63,737 nt of DNA, filler included, from Octopus bimaculoides (GCF_001194135.2; 4 parts of 4 records of this genome joined end to end with filler, not necessarily neighbours in it); one strand, 5' to 3'. Shown: positions 49,481-62,427, counted from the first letter of the whole stretch. Made by a program: numbers and translations. Notes: a model not told the origin generated them from the letters alone.

Positions 49481-50179
49481 TATTAGTAGTAGTATCATTG
49501 AGCGAGAGAGCAGCGCATGTCTTACATCTTTCTTCAGAATTGCTGGCTTTGTGCCAAAATTTGAAAGTATTGCCGAGGTCGTCTTTGTCTTTCATTATAA
49601 ATATCTTCCTTTCTTTGTTGTTTTTTCATGCTGATTGCCGTTTCTTTGACCCAGTTCAGAAGTAGCATTTGTAGAGTCACAGCAGTCAGCGAAGTTTCTT
49701 TTGACGGATACACTTTATCGCGGCTTCTACAAAGCCATAAAGATAATTATCATTGACCATCAACAGTGCACAGAAGTGTTATCTCTCACCCCCTACCTCC
49801 TCTTCCTACACCACACCATTACCTCCTTCTTTTCTTCCTCTTCCTTCTTCTCAACCCCTCTCTCATATCCCTCTCCTTCATATCCCTCATTATTTTCTTT
49901 TTTCTCTCTTACTCCTCTCTCCCTCTCACCCATAAGCCACTGTTTATTTCATGTCAAGTTATACTTGATGTTGTTGCTAGCAGTTTTTTGTTTCCTTGTT
50001 GCTCCTGTCGGTTGTGCTGCCGTTACTGCTGCTGCTGCTGCTGCTGTCGCTGCTGCTGTTTATCGTCCTTGGAAGCTGAAATTGAAGCCTTGTCTTCCAA
50101 GGGCAACAGTAAATTACCTTCTATTAACTCTTTCAAGACGACCGCCCCTCCCACCGGTAATTATATGGTTACTAGATAC

Positions 50180-50199
50180 ACGCATTCTACTACTACTAT

Positions 50200-50232
<33 letters not shown>

Positions 50233-50580
50233 CACTACCGCCACCACCACTACTATTACTATCATCACTACCACAACTACCAGCACCATTATCTCCACCA
50301 CCACACTACCACCATTACCACCACCGCCACTACTACTATCATCCCTACCACCGCCACAATCACACACCACCACCACCACCACCACTACACACACACACAC
50401 ACCACCACCACCAACGCTACTACCACTACCACTACCACCACCCTCACCACTACTACTACTACTATCCTCACCACCACCACGGCCACTTCCATCACCAACA
50501 CTACTACTATTACTACAATTATCTGGTTCATTACTACTGCATCTGCTATTACTACGCCAGTTACTATTGTTGTTACCGCC
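50180..50580. repeat. (TAC)/(CAC)n degenerate triplet field
   Basis: Direct reading; source of the long low-complexity ORFs. Confidence 0.9.
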
Positions 50581-50654
50581 TGAAAATAAGGAAGAAAAAG
50601 ATGAAGTTAGAAGACAGAAGCAGACAAAAGAATAAAGGAAATTGAAGGTTTGTG

Positions 50655-50830
50655 ATTTAAGAGAAGAAGAGGTTTCTCCAAGACTTGACTGGTACTTTAT
50701 TTTGTTGACCTTGAAAAGATGAAAGATAAAGTTAACCCTTGGCAGGATTTGAATTCTAAACGTAAATAATCGGAAGAAATATGGTAAAACATTGTACCCG
50801 ATGCTCCAACGATTCTGCGAGCTCACTGCT
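50655..50830 (-). mobile_element. SINE family A, decayed
   Basis: ctggtactttattttgttgaccttgaaaagatgaaag..tttgaattctaaacg..acgattctgcgagctcact. Confidence 0.75.
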
Positions 50831-51714
50831 TTCCTTCATTGGCCATGTGGGTCCATACAACCAATAATAGCCTCATACACAGGTTTACAAAACATTTGGA
50901 GATGCAGCACACATACACACAAACATACACACAAATGCATGTGTGTGTGTGTTAGCACATACGCGTATATATAAAGAGAAGGAAATAGAGAGAGGGAGAT
51001 AGATAGATAGATAGATAGATAGATAGGTAGGTAGATAGATATACATAGTCTTTATTTGTCCGCTCAATCGTATACACGGACATATGTATATATTTATAAA
51101 TATATATCCAAGACAATTTATTCAGTTACGAGATGATTCAAATAAATGAGGAGAATGATAAATCTACAGTTATTATTACCGTCATTTTTACAGCAAATTT
51201 AATTAAAACCTCCCTCCGACATATGTTCGTGCTGTTTATATATCTAGCAATGTGGCTTTCATTTCGTTTGCATCCTGTTTGTTCATCTGCGTCCACATTT
51301 CATTCAAGTTAAAATGTACCCATGCTTCAAACTTTAATAGTAGCAACGCCTCATAGAGCAGCGTTCGCCATTGTAGTGGACATCTATTTCTCTCGCTTTC
51401 GTTGCGGTCATTCTGCAAAGCGTAGAATATTACAAATGGCGACTTCTCAAAAATGCGTAAAGTGTTCTAAAATTACCAAAGGAAATACAATTCCAGTAAC
51501 CTCAGTAAGTGAAAGCAAACGTTCTTATATATTCGTAGCCCACTTTTCGAAAAAGGAACAAAATCAAATCCCCTTTCCTCATGAGATAATTCCAGAATAC
51601 ACCTTCCACGTGGGAGCTCTGCTAATCAAGACCTTTCACTTCAGGCAACAGCAACAACAGCAACAACAACAGCGGCAACAATAACAACAACAGTAATTGT
51701 AGTAACAGTTTCAA

Positions 51715-51900
51715 ATGTTTGCAAAGCCATCAAATTTAGGAAGAAGGGGTCAGTTAGTGTTATCAAACCCAGTACTCGACTGGTAATTTATCTTTGTCGA
51801 CCTTGAAAGAATGAAAAGCGAAGTTAACTTCGGCGAGATTTGAACTCTGGTACGTATAGAGCCGGAAGAAACACCGCTGAGCATATTGTCTGACACACTA
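51715..51900 (-). mobile_element. SINE family A, decayed
   Basis: ctggtaatttatctttgtcgaccttgaaagaatgaaaag..tttgaactctg. Confidence 0.75.
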
Positions 51901-52904
51901 ATGATGATGATGATGATGATGAAAGTGGTGGTGGTGAACAAGAACAAGAAGATAAAGATGTCTAGCAGGAGGGGGAGNNNNNNNNNNNNNNNNNNNNNNN
52001 NNNNNNNNNNNNNNNNNNNNNNNNNNNNNNNNNNNNNNNNNNNNNNNNNNNNNNNNNNNNNNNNNNNNNNNNNNNNNNNNNNNNNNNNNNNNNNNNNNNN
52101 NNNNNNNNNNNNNNNNNNNNNNNNNNNNNNNNNNNNNNNNNNNNNNNNNNNNNNNNNNNNNNNNNNNNNNNNNNNNNNNNNNNNNNNNNNNNNNNNNNNN
52201 NNNNNNNNNNNNNNNNNNNNNNNNNNNNNNNNNNNNNNNNNNNNNNNNNNNNNNNNNNNNNNNNNNNNNNNNNNNNNCAGGAGGAGGAAACAGAAAAGAT
52301 GGAAGACAGCCGAGCGGAAAAGAGCGCGACAAAAATAGAAGATAAATGAATAAATAAATCAAACAGAAAGTCTGACAAAAACCCGGTTGTAATATATTGA
52401 TTGTAAACAGTTTTCGAACATGTGACTCCTCCCTATTACTGGGAGGCCAGACAATTTTGAAAGACAGCCAAGACCCTTAATCAGCAAACAGAAGAAGAAA
52501 TGTGGAAATATTTAATGATTTCACCAGCTATGATAACATAAAAGACTAACCCCCTTATTTTGGGAGGCGCATCCTATTATTTTTGATGTGGGTAAAGTGA
52601 GGAGCAAATATTCTCGCGTATGTTTAACAACCGAAGATTTTCATGGTATCGAAACCGGTTCCTCCTCCTTAACGATCGTCACACAAAACTGTTATGATAT
52701 TAACATCTGAATTTATGTTCATGTTTGGTTTTGATTATTTTTGTAGTAGTGGTTGGGAAGGAAAAACCAGATTTTTCGTTTGCGGTATTCAACTAAATAA
52801 CTTCACGTAACACTCACACGCGCTCACAGATAAGTAACTACACGCACACGCGTACGTGCATACATAGAGAAACAACTTTCTGGATGCCAATATATTGATA
52901 TTAC

Positions 52905-53125
52905 TAAGGCGGCCAACTGACAGAATCGTTAGCACGCCGGGCATAATGATCAGCGGCAGTTTGTCAGTCTTTATGTTCTGAGATCAAATTCCACCGAGGT
53001 CGACGGTACCTTTCATTCCTTTCGGGTCGATAAAATAAGTACCAGCTGAGTAGTGGGGTCGATGTATTCAACTTACCCCTTATCAGAAATTCCTGCCCTT
53101 GTACCAAAATTTGAAACCAATATAT
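52905..53125 (+). mobile_element. SINE family A
   Basis: aaggcggccaactgacagaatcgttagcacgccggg..gtaccaaaatttgaaacc. Confidence 0.85.
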
Positions 53126-53142
53126 TGTTATTACCAAGAGAA

Positions 53143-53185
<43 letters not shown>

Positions 53186-54477
53186 CGAGGAAAGGAAAAC
53201 GTAATAGCGCTTGAGGAGAGCGTCTTCAATTGCAGTCATTGTATACAAGACAGCTGCTCCCGTGTGCGCCTGTGTAATCACAGCAGATGCTGCACCGCCA
53301 TCAGCAGCTGGCACAAAATTCTCCAACCGTAGATCCATGTTCTTTCGAGACCGACGGATGTCATGGATNNNNNNNNNNNNNNNNNNNNNNNNNNNNNNNN
53401 NNNNNNNNNNNNNNNNNNNNNNNNNNNNNNNNNNNNNNNNNNNNNNNNNNNNNNNNNNNNNNNNNNNNNNNNNNNNNNNNNNNNNNNNNNNNNNNNNNNN
53501 NNNNNNNNNNNNNNNNNNNNNNNNNNNNNNNNNNNNNNNNNNNNNNNNNNNNNNNNNNNNNNNNNNNNNNNNNNNNNNNNNNNNNNNNNNNNNNNNNNNN
53601 NNNNNNNNNNNNNNNNNNNNNNNNNNNNNNNNNNNNNNNNNNNNNNNNNNNNNNNNNNNNNNNNNNNNNNNNNNNNNNNNNNNNNNNNNNNNNNNNNNNN
53701 NNNNNNNNNNNNNNNNNNNNNNNNNNNNNNNNNNNNNNNNNNNNNNNNNNNNNNNNNNNNNNNNNNNNNNNNNNNNNNNNNNNNNNNNNNNNNNNNNNNN
53801 NNNNNNNNNNNNNNNNNNNNNNNNNNNNNNNNNNNNNNNNNNNNNNNNNNNNNNNNNNNNNNNNNNNNNNNNNNNNTATATATATATATAATCATAAATA
53901 TATAGGGATTGACAGTAACCTGCTTCTCCAACATACTGAGAATTCAGAAATAGCAGCCAAAGAACTACTGATTCCAAAACTACAAATTATTACTCTAAAT
54001 TGATAGCGATATTTTTGATACACAGAGAACAAAAAACTAAAGGCAAGTGGTTTTTTACTCTTCTCTACTGTTTTTTGTTCTGTGAGAGAGACGGGGAGAA
54101 AGAGAGAGAGGGGGAGAAAGAGAGAAAGAGAGAGATACATACATGCATACATACACATATGTATACATACAAAATACATTTGGGTGTGTGGGGCGTGTGT
54201 ACGAGTGTAATTAATATATCCTCTTACGATTATACATACGTACAAACAATGAAAGCCAATGAAATACACACACACAAACATACATACACACACACATACA
54301 TATATATGTCCCTGCATGCACACATGCATATTCATATCCATACAATAATATCCTGCACTATTGCCACTGCACATCCAGCCAAGCACAATTACAACCCGCT
54401 TACAATGCAGTATTAAGATGGCTAGCATTGATTTTCTGAAAAGAGTGCAGCAAACGGCTTTTATAAAAGAGACCCTT

Positions 54478-54513
<36 letters not shown>

Positions 54514-55319
54514 GTGGATGAGCCAGGTGACCTGCTGTTTTGCTTTCTTGGTACATTAGGAAGCCAGATTTCCTGTTGCACCAAGAATCGCAGCCAAGAA
54601 TTAGAAGTTATATTATTCTAAGAACTTTTTTATTTTATTTTATTTTATACAAATCTGTTTCAAATTTAGAGCTTAAAGAAGTTTAAAGAAGTAAAATGTT
54701 AAGAAAGGACAGAAAGAAGACGTGTGAAAGAAGAGAAAGAGGGAAAGAAAAGCAATAAGAAAGAATATTTTCNNNNNNNNNNNNNNNNNNNNNNNNNNNN
54801 NNNNNNNNNNNNNNNNNNNNNNNNNNNNNNNNNNNNNNNNNNNNNNNNNNNNNNNNNNNNNNNNNNNNNNNNNNNNNNNNNNNNNNNNNNNNNNNNNNNN
54901 NNNNNNNNNNNNNNNNNNNNNNNNNNNNNNNNNNNNNNNNNNNNNNNNNNNNNNNNNNNNNNNNNNNNNNNNNNNNNNNNNNNNNNNNNNNNNNNNNNNN
55001 NNNNNNNNNNNNNNNNNNNNNNNNNNNNNNNNNNNNNNNNNNNNNNNNNNNNNNNNNNNNNNNNNNNNNNNNNNNNNNNNNNNNNNNNNNNNNNNNNNNN
55101 NNNNNNNNNNNNNNNNNNNNNNNNNNNNNNNNNNNNNNNNNNNNNNNGTGTGTATTTGTGGGTGTACCTCTGTCTGTCTGTCTGTCTGTATGTATGTATG
55201 TATGTATGTATGTATGTGTGTGTGTGTGTTTGTGTGTCTGTGTTTGTGTGTGTCAGTGTTCGTGTGTGGTGTGTACGTTTGTTATTTTACGTCTTTGACA
55301 TTCATGTCTGCCTTCATTG

Positions 55320-55490
55320 AAATCAGTGACCGGTCATCCATGTCCAGTAACTTAACTGTTCGATTAACAGAATTGTCAAGTATGAGGCTTACCGATAACT
55401 ACTTGGCTAGATATAATTAACTAAAACCCTTCCAGGTGAAACTCCAGCATCGCCGCAGTCCAATAACTGAAACAAAATTGAAGAAACAAA
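55320..55490 (+). mobile_element. SINE B 3' half, decayed
   Basis: gtaacttaactgttcg..aactccagcatcgccgcagtccaataactgaaac. Confidence 0.6.
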
Positions 55491-55799
55491 AATAGGTCTA
55501 TATAATGCCTATCTACATTAGTAGGGTTGTAAGGAGTTTCATGTCGATGAAGATGAATGAGGAGTACTCCCCAAAACTACCCTCTATACTCTTGAGGTGC
55601 ACCTACGACAATGAAGAGGGGGCGAGACGGAAAGTTTATGGAACACTCAGGAGAAGGAGAAAGTATGGAAGGGGGTAGAATGAAGTAAAAGGAACAGTAG
55701 ACCACTGCCGGGTTTGAACTTACACCACAAAACATTTTTGTCTGACGCTCTAACGATTCTGTCAGTCTTACTGCCTTTTATCTGTTATCATATATTTCT

Positions 55800-56002
55800 T
55801 TCAGGTATTGGACTGCGCCCATGCTGGGGTAGTACCGCCTCGAAGGATCTTGGTCGAGCAAATCGATCCCAGTACTTGTTTGGCTCTTATTCTATCATCT
55901 CTTGGGCTGAACCGTAAGTTACGAGGACGTGAACAAACCCACACCGATGGGACAAACACAAACACATATATATAGATACATTCATACTTTATTATGAATA
56001 TA

Positions 56003-56040
<38 letters not shown>

Positions 56041-56310
56041 TGTCTGTCTGTCTGTCTGCATGTATGTATGTATAGATGACTGGCTGGCTTGCTGGCTGGC
56101 TGACTGACTGGCAGGCTGGCTGGCTGGCTGGCTGGCTGGCTGGATGGATGGATGGATGGATGGATGGATGGATGGATGGATATGCAAATGTGATGGGCTT
56201 TCACTCAGTATCAGTCTAATAAATCTATCCCACAAGACTTTGGTCCTGGGCTATATAATAGAAGACACTTGCCCAAGGTACCGCGCAGTGGGATTGAACT
56301 GAAATAATTT
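55800..56310 (-). mobile_element. SINE B split by an expanded internal compound microsatellite
   Basis: 3' half at ~55800-55960, 5' half at ~56195-56310, with GT/GTCT/GGCT/GGAT repeats between. Confidence 0.75.
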
Positions 56311-56736
56311 GGTTGCAAAGCGAAAAATATATTGAGGACAGTAAGAAATAGAAACGAAAGAAGAAAGAAAAAGGGAAGAGAGGATGAAAGAAAGAAAAGA
56401 ATGAAGGAAGGAAGGAAGGACATGAAAGAATGTGAAAGGGAACGAAAATTAAGAAAGGAAAGTTGTGAGGAAGATGTTAGGTAGGGTTGTCTGACAGAGA
56501 CTGTCTTTTGATAGAATTGTTTCTAGTTTGACCTAGTTTTGTCACGTGACTTTTCTGGGGAAAAGGCGGAGGAGGGATTTGACTGGTCTGGTCTCATAAA
56601 TTATTTACCTGACGCTAATGGAGGACATCCTTCGCTTTTGCTTTACGGTTTCAGAAACTCAAACTACTAGACTGATTGGCAGATTTATTAGTAATGGATA
56701 ATTAATCTCTCTCGCTCTCACACACACACATACATG

Positions 56737-56805
<69 letters not shown>

Positions 56806-56971
56806 CCCTGTATCTATTTAGTTGTCTCTGTCTATCTTGCTGTCTATGCTCATATGATGAACATTTGTTTAAATATTTATATATATGGATCAATTATATT
56901 TATGTACTATAGACAGATATCTGCTTATCTATTTATTTAGGAAGATAACTTAGATAGACAGATAGATAGAC

Positions 56972-57019
<48 letters not shown>

Positions 57020-57329
57020 GTGTATTCCCTGTTAATAAAACTGCCAATCATATGGTATGCGTGATTGTAAGACTGTAAAAACAGAAGTGAAGTGTGTTTC
57101 CTCCTTCAAATATAGGTTACCTTGCATTTACGCCAAATATTAATATCTTCAGTACGATTACGTTAGGATGATGGAATTGGTAGAGTGTCGTTAAACACAT
57201 CTTCGCGGTATTTAAGCATATGTCTGACATCAGGAGTTCAAATCCCGCCGACGTAGGATTAAATTTTTTTTTTAATTTGAAAGTTTCTTTTATGGTTTCA
57301 CCAGTAGACATAGAACAGCGTCAAGGAAC

Positions 57330-57459
57330 CCTTGCTGCGTGTGTGCGCATGGCACTTTGGGCAAGTGTCTTCTATTATATCCTCGGGCCGACTAAAGCCT
57401 TGTGAGTGGATTTGGTAGCCGGAAACTGAAAGAAGCCCGTCGTATATGTGTGTATGTGC

Positions 57460-57499
<40 letters not shown>

Positions 57500-57678
57500 G
57501 TATTTTTTGTGTCTGTTCCCCACCGCCGCTTGACAACCGATGTTGGTTTGTTTAGCGGTTCGGCAAAAGTCACCGATAGAATAAGTACTAAGCTTAATAA
57601 AGGAGTCCTGGGTTCGATTTGTTCAACTTAAAAAAGACCTTTCAAGGCGGTGCCCTAGCATGGCCGCAGTCTAATGAC
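57330..57678 (+). mobile_element. SINE family B, runs into a gap
   Basis: ggcactttgggcaagtgtcttc..aggcggtgccctagcatggccgcagtctaatgac. Confidence 0.85.
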
Positions 57679-58669
57679 NNNNNNNNNNNNNNNNNNNNNN
57701 NNNNNNNNNNNNNNNNNNNNNNNNNNNNNNNNNNNNNNNNNNNNNNNNNNNNNNNNNNNNNNNNNNNNNNNNNNNNNNNNNNNNNNNNNNNNNNNNNNNN
57801 NNNNNNNNNNNNNNNNNNNNNNNNNNNNNNNNNNNNNNNNNNNNNNNNNNNNNNNNNNNNNNNNNNNNNNNNNNNNNNNNNNNNNNNNNNNNNNNNNNNN
57901 NNNNNNNNNNNNNNNNNNNNNNNNNNNNNNNNNNNNNNNNNNNNNNNNNNNNNNNNNNNNNNNNNNNNNNNNNNNNNNNNNNNNNNNNNNNNNNNNNNNN
58001 NNNNNNNNNNNNNNNNNNNNNNNNNNNNNNNNNNNNNNNNNNNNNNNNNNNNNNNNNNNNNNNNNNNNNNNNNNNNNNNNNNNNNNNNNNNNNNNNNNNN
58101 NNNNNNNNNNNNNNNNNNNNNNNNNNNNNNNNNNNNNNNNNNNNNNNNNNNNNNNNNNNNNNNNNNNNNNNNNNNNNNNNNNNNNNNNNNNNNNNNNNNN
58201 NNNNNNNNNNNNNNNNNNNNNNNNNNNNNNNNNNNNNNNNNNNNNNNNNNNNNNNNNNNNNNNNNNNNNNNNNNNNNNNNNNNNNNNNNNNNNNNNNNNN
58301 NNNNNNNNNNNNNNNNNNNNNNNNNNNNNNNNNNNNNNNNNNNNNNNNNNNNNNNNNNNNNNNNNNNNNNNNNNNNNNNNNNNNNNNNNNNNNNNNNNNN
58401 NNNNNNNNNNNNNNNNNNNNNNNNNNNNNNNNNNNNNNNNNNNNNNNNNNNNNNNNNNNNNNNNNNNNNNNNNNNNNNNNNNNNNNNNNNNNNNNNNNNN
58501 NNNNNNNNNNNNNNNNNNNNNNNNNNNNNNNNNNNNNNNNNNNNNNNNNNNNNNNNNNNNNNNNNNNNNNNNNNNNNNNNNNNNNNNNNNNNNNNNNNNN
58601 NNNNNNNNNNNNNNNNNNNNNNNNNNNNNNNNNNNNNNNNNNNNNNNNNNNNNNNNNNNNNNNNNNNNT

Positions 58670-58890
58670 GGTGGGGGGGACAAACACAGACACACAAACA
58701 TAAACACTCACATACACACATATATACGACGGGCTTCTTTCAATGTCTGTCGACCAAATCCACTCACAAGGCTTTGGTCAGCCCGAAGCCAAAGCAGAAG
58801 ACACTTGCCCAAGGTACCACGCAGTGGGACTGAACCCGGAACCATGTGGTTCGTAAACAAGTTACTTACCACACAGCCACTCCTGCGCCT
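58670..58890 (-). mobile_element. SINE family B 5' half
   Basis: gacgggcttctttc..ccaaatccactcacaaggc..ttaccacacagccactcctgcgcct. Confidence 0.9.
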
Positions 58891-59012
58891 ATGTTTAATT
58901 TATTTAAAGATTATTTCTGTCAATTCAGTTTTATACAAAAATATAATTATCATCGTCTCTTGTTAAGTTCTTTTTTTTCTTTTTCAGAAATTATGTACTT
59001 TTAAACTTTTAC

Positions 59013-59123
59013 CTGTCGTGGTTTAGTGAAATACTTATCATAGAAATAGTTGCATCAAGTTTCAAGAGGAAAAAAATTCGTTTCGGAAGAAAAGCCAAAA
59101 CATTTTTACAAGAAAACATTCTT
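59013..59123 (-). CDS. Candidate 111-nt symmetric exon (RMFSCKNVLAFLPKRIFFLLKLDATISMISISLNHD)
   Basis: Minus-strand acceptor ttttttttattcag| and donor CAG|gtaaaa; one open frame; no homology recognised. Confidence 0.2.
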
Positions 59124-60228
59124 CTGAATAAAAAAAAAAATAAATAAATAAAAAACAGAATTTCTTCAAAAAAATCATTTGGAGAGAAAATTTCTTCCAA
59201 GATAAAGAAAACTGAAACCTCACTACAGGTGATAAAAATTACACAAAGAAAAATAAATAATTAAATTTTTCTCATGTTACCTTGAAGTCGATTTAAATAT
59301 TGTAGAGTACATTCATGTTTAACATAATCTCCAGAGAAACCTGCTGGAGGAGTTACGTTTAAATTCGAAGATTATTTAATGAGGATTGACAGAACTAATA
59401 TGATGCCAGGGGGGAAAAATTACATAGTTTTATGGAATGGAAGTTTCTGTTATAAATAACAAATTGCTACGTTGATAGAAGAAAAACGTAAAAAGTTATA
59501 CAAAAAAATATATATATATATTGAAAAAAATATTGTGTATGTTGAGAAAATATATTTTGTAGATTTAGCAGAAAGACCTGCTGAGAAAGAATAACAATCA
59601 GTAAGTTTTAAAGCAATTCTATCTTACAATGTTAAACAAATATCCTATGAAGATATCCCGGAATTATTCATAACAAAATGCCGAAACATTGCTGTTAACT
59701 ACTTCTAAATTAAATCCCAATTATATTAGATATTCTAAATAGTAATCTGAGATAGAACAATAACAATATCATCATCATCATCATTATCACCATCAACAAA
59801 ACAAGCTTCACTGAATCACATGTCTTGCAATGTATGACTGAGTGTTTCGTCAACCGATGTATAATAACAATTTACTATTTGAATGAAAAAGGAAAGTTAG
59901 TAGGAATGAGAATAGTTTTTAAACGATTAGATTTTATTTTATGGTAAACCATTGCCCACGAAAAATCCGGTGACGACTGAAAGTCAGAGTATCCCTCGAA
60001 TCACGTATCCACCACTTACCCATTTACCTACAACACTATAGGACACCTGGTATCGCTAATGTGAGGGGAATCAAAGGGAAGTGTTCTGCAGTGTAACTGT
60101 CAACGTGGTGACCAGGCAAGATGTAGAGAAGGGGTTCGAGTCTTGAGTCTTTCGTCGCTAGTTTTGTTGCATTAGTATTCCTTACATCGATATGGTGGTG
60201 GTGTTTATAATGAGACTAATTAATAATG

Positions 60229-60615
60229 GTGGAGGCGCAATGGCCCAGTGGTTAGGGCAGCGGACTCGCGGTCATAGGATCGTGGTTTCGATTCCCAGAC
60301 CGGGCGTTGTGAGTGTTTATTGAGCGAAAACACCTAAATCTCCACGAGGCTCTGGCAGGGGATGGTGGCGAACCCTGCTGTACTCTTCCACCACAACTTT
60401 CTCTCACTCTTACTTCCTGTTTCTGTTGTGCCTGTAATTCAAAAGGTCAGCCTTGTCACACTATGTCACGCTGAATATCCCCGAGAACTACGTTAAGAGT
60501 ACACGTGTCTGTGGAGTGCTCAGCCACTTGCACGTTAATTTCACGAGCAGGCTGTTCCGTTGATCGGATCAACTGGAACTCTCATCGTCGTAAGAGACGG
60601 AGTGCCAACACAACG
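60229..60615 (+). mobile_element. Full-length tRNA-derived SINE family C (long variant)
   Basis: A-box-like tggcccagtggttagg, B-box-like ggtttcgattccc, body to ggagtgcc and (AAC)n tail. Confidence 0.9.
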
Positions 60616-60723
60616 AATAATGAAAGTAATAACTAATATCTCTAATGTCTATTTGAGTAATAAACAATAATAGTAATGATAAATGGGGGATACAAGTAAT
60701 GACAGGAATCACAATATCAGCAA

Positions 60724-60778
60724 AAACAAGAGCACTCAGTGAGCACAAACCTCCGACAAGGCAACACCAACGTTCTCA
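60724..60778 (-). mobile_element. 3' end of the Helentron-like element
   Basis: aacaagagcactcagtgagcacaaacctcc is the near reverse complement of ~9095-9127. Confidence 0.7.
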
Positions 60779-60949
60779 CAGCTGAATAATAGCGAGTCTC
60801 CCCTCACTTTACCCCCACCCCATCAGGTACTTTACTAAGAATTCATCTGCGTCCCTCTTCACAAGAACCTTAACCACTGGAATTACCAACCCATACATAT
60901 CATCATTGTTTTTGTTACTTAATGTCTATCCTGATCGAAAGACATTCCA

Positions 60950-61250
60950 ACTGTGACCATCCTGTCGTTGATACATACACTATGGATTTAGGAGTACATT
61001 ATCCAATGTTTTCCTTCTTTATTAAAGAAATGATAGGCTGGGAGTTAGGTGACATTTCGTTGCTATTTCTAGCACATCAAGCTGCCATGTGGGAAGTCCT
61101 CCTCTTTCACTTGTCCCCGTGCATATTACTCTTCAGCAATTCCTAATGAGGAACATTAACTGTGCTGCGTTCATTGGTCTACGGAGGTGGGTGGGACGGT
61201 ACGCGGGGAATATCTGCCAACGCCAGAACTTCTTCCTTCCTTCAGACCGA
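60950..61250 (-). mobile_element. Possible Helitron RepHel helicase C-terminal relic
   Basis: IPRVP and, across a frameshift, FPHGQLDV resemble PIF1-like IPRIP and FSHGQLYVA motifs; heavily decayed. Confidence 0.35.
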
Positions 61251-61399
61251 ACCTCATAAAACAATTGTCAGGAGTAATTAATGACAGTCACAACATCGCT
61301 GGAAAATAATTAGTTTGGGTGAAATAATTAAGTCTGACAGAGAATGATAGCAGGGGAAGCACAGGTTAGTAGAGTGGGTGGTAGGTAGGGTAATACACA

Positions 61400-61665
61400 C
61401 ACATACTATATACATACATATTTCATATACGTACAATATATATTTATTGCCCACGGGGGATAAACATAGAGGAGACAAACAAGGACAGACAAAAGGGTTA
61501 AGTCGATTACATTGACCCGGTGCATAACTGGTACTTATTTAATCGACCCCGAAAGGATGAAAGGCAAAGCCGACCTCGCCAGAATTTGAACTCAGGATGT
61601 AACGGCAGACGAAATACTGCGAAGCATTTCGCCCGGCGTGCTAATGATTCTGCCAGCTCGCCACT
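61400..61665 (-). mobile_element. SINE family A (variant tail)
   Basis: Reverse complement of the unit; CpGs retained. Confidence 0.85.
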
Positions 61666-62427
61666 CTATATGTATGTATTTATTACACATATACAAATAC
61701 ACACTCGGAAGGAGAGAGATAAAGAGAGAAGAGAGAGAATCACACAGACAGGCAGAGAGACGGACGGACAGACGTATGCATGGTCTGGGTATACTAGAAC
61801 TATGTCACATACCGTCATCTCCATCACATCACCAAAGTTCAACTTGACTCAAGTTCTCAGAAAGCAGAAAGTCGTGAAACACTACATGGTATCTTGTACA
61901 TCAGATACCATGTGGTGTTTCAACCCAACAACCCAACCTACCCACTACCCACTCGACAGACCACAAAATGTGAACAGCAGAATTATTCGTGGGAGGATAT
62001 GAACTCAGAGCACAAGGGTCAAACTCAATACCTCAGAGCATTTCATCCAACACTCAAACACCTCTGCTACAATTTTACTCTTCGTTCGCCATTCTTTTGC
62101 CTTCCAAACACCATTTCTTATCGAAATTCAGCGATTCCCTCCCAATAGTTTTGCTTATTGATTGATTATTGAATATCTCCAATCACAATAATTTGAATTT
62201 ATTGTACTATGTGTATATGTGTGTGTGTGTTTGTGTGTGTGAGTTTGTGCGTATATTTGCACATTTGTGTACGTGTCTTTACTTGTTTTAGTTTGGGTAT
62301 GCGGGTATTTGTATATGTATGTTTTTGTNNNNNNNNNNNNNNNNNNNNNNNNNNNNNNNNNNNNNNNNNNNNTTAATTAATTAANNNNNNNNNNNNNNNN
62401 NNNNNNNNNNNNNNNNNNNNNNNNNNN

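Noticed and set aside
49701-50826. 314, 289 and 221-aa overlapping ORFs rich in T/P/H/L/V
   Set aside because: Triplet-repeat field open on both strands; no domain or convincing splice context.
60229-60305. tRNA gene
   Set aside because: tRNA-like head continues into a SINE body shared with 36552; acceptor stem does not close.
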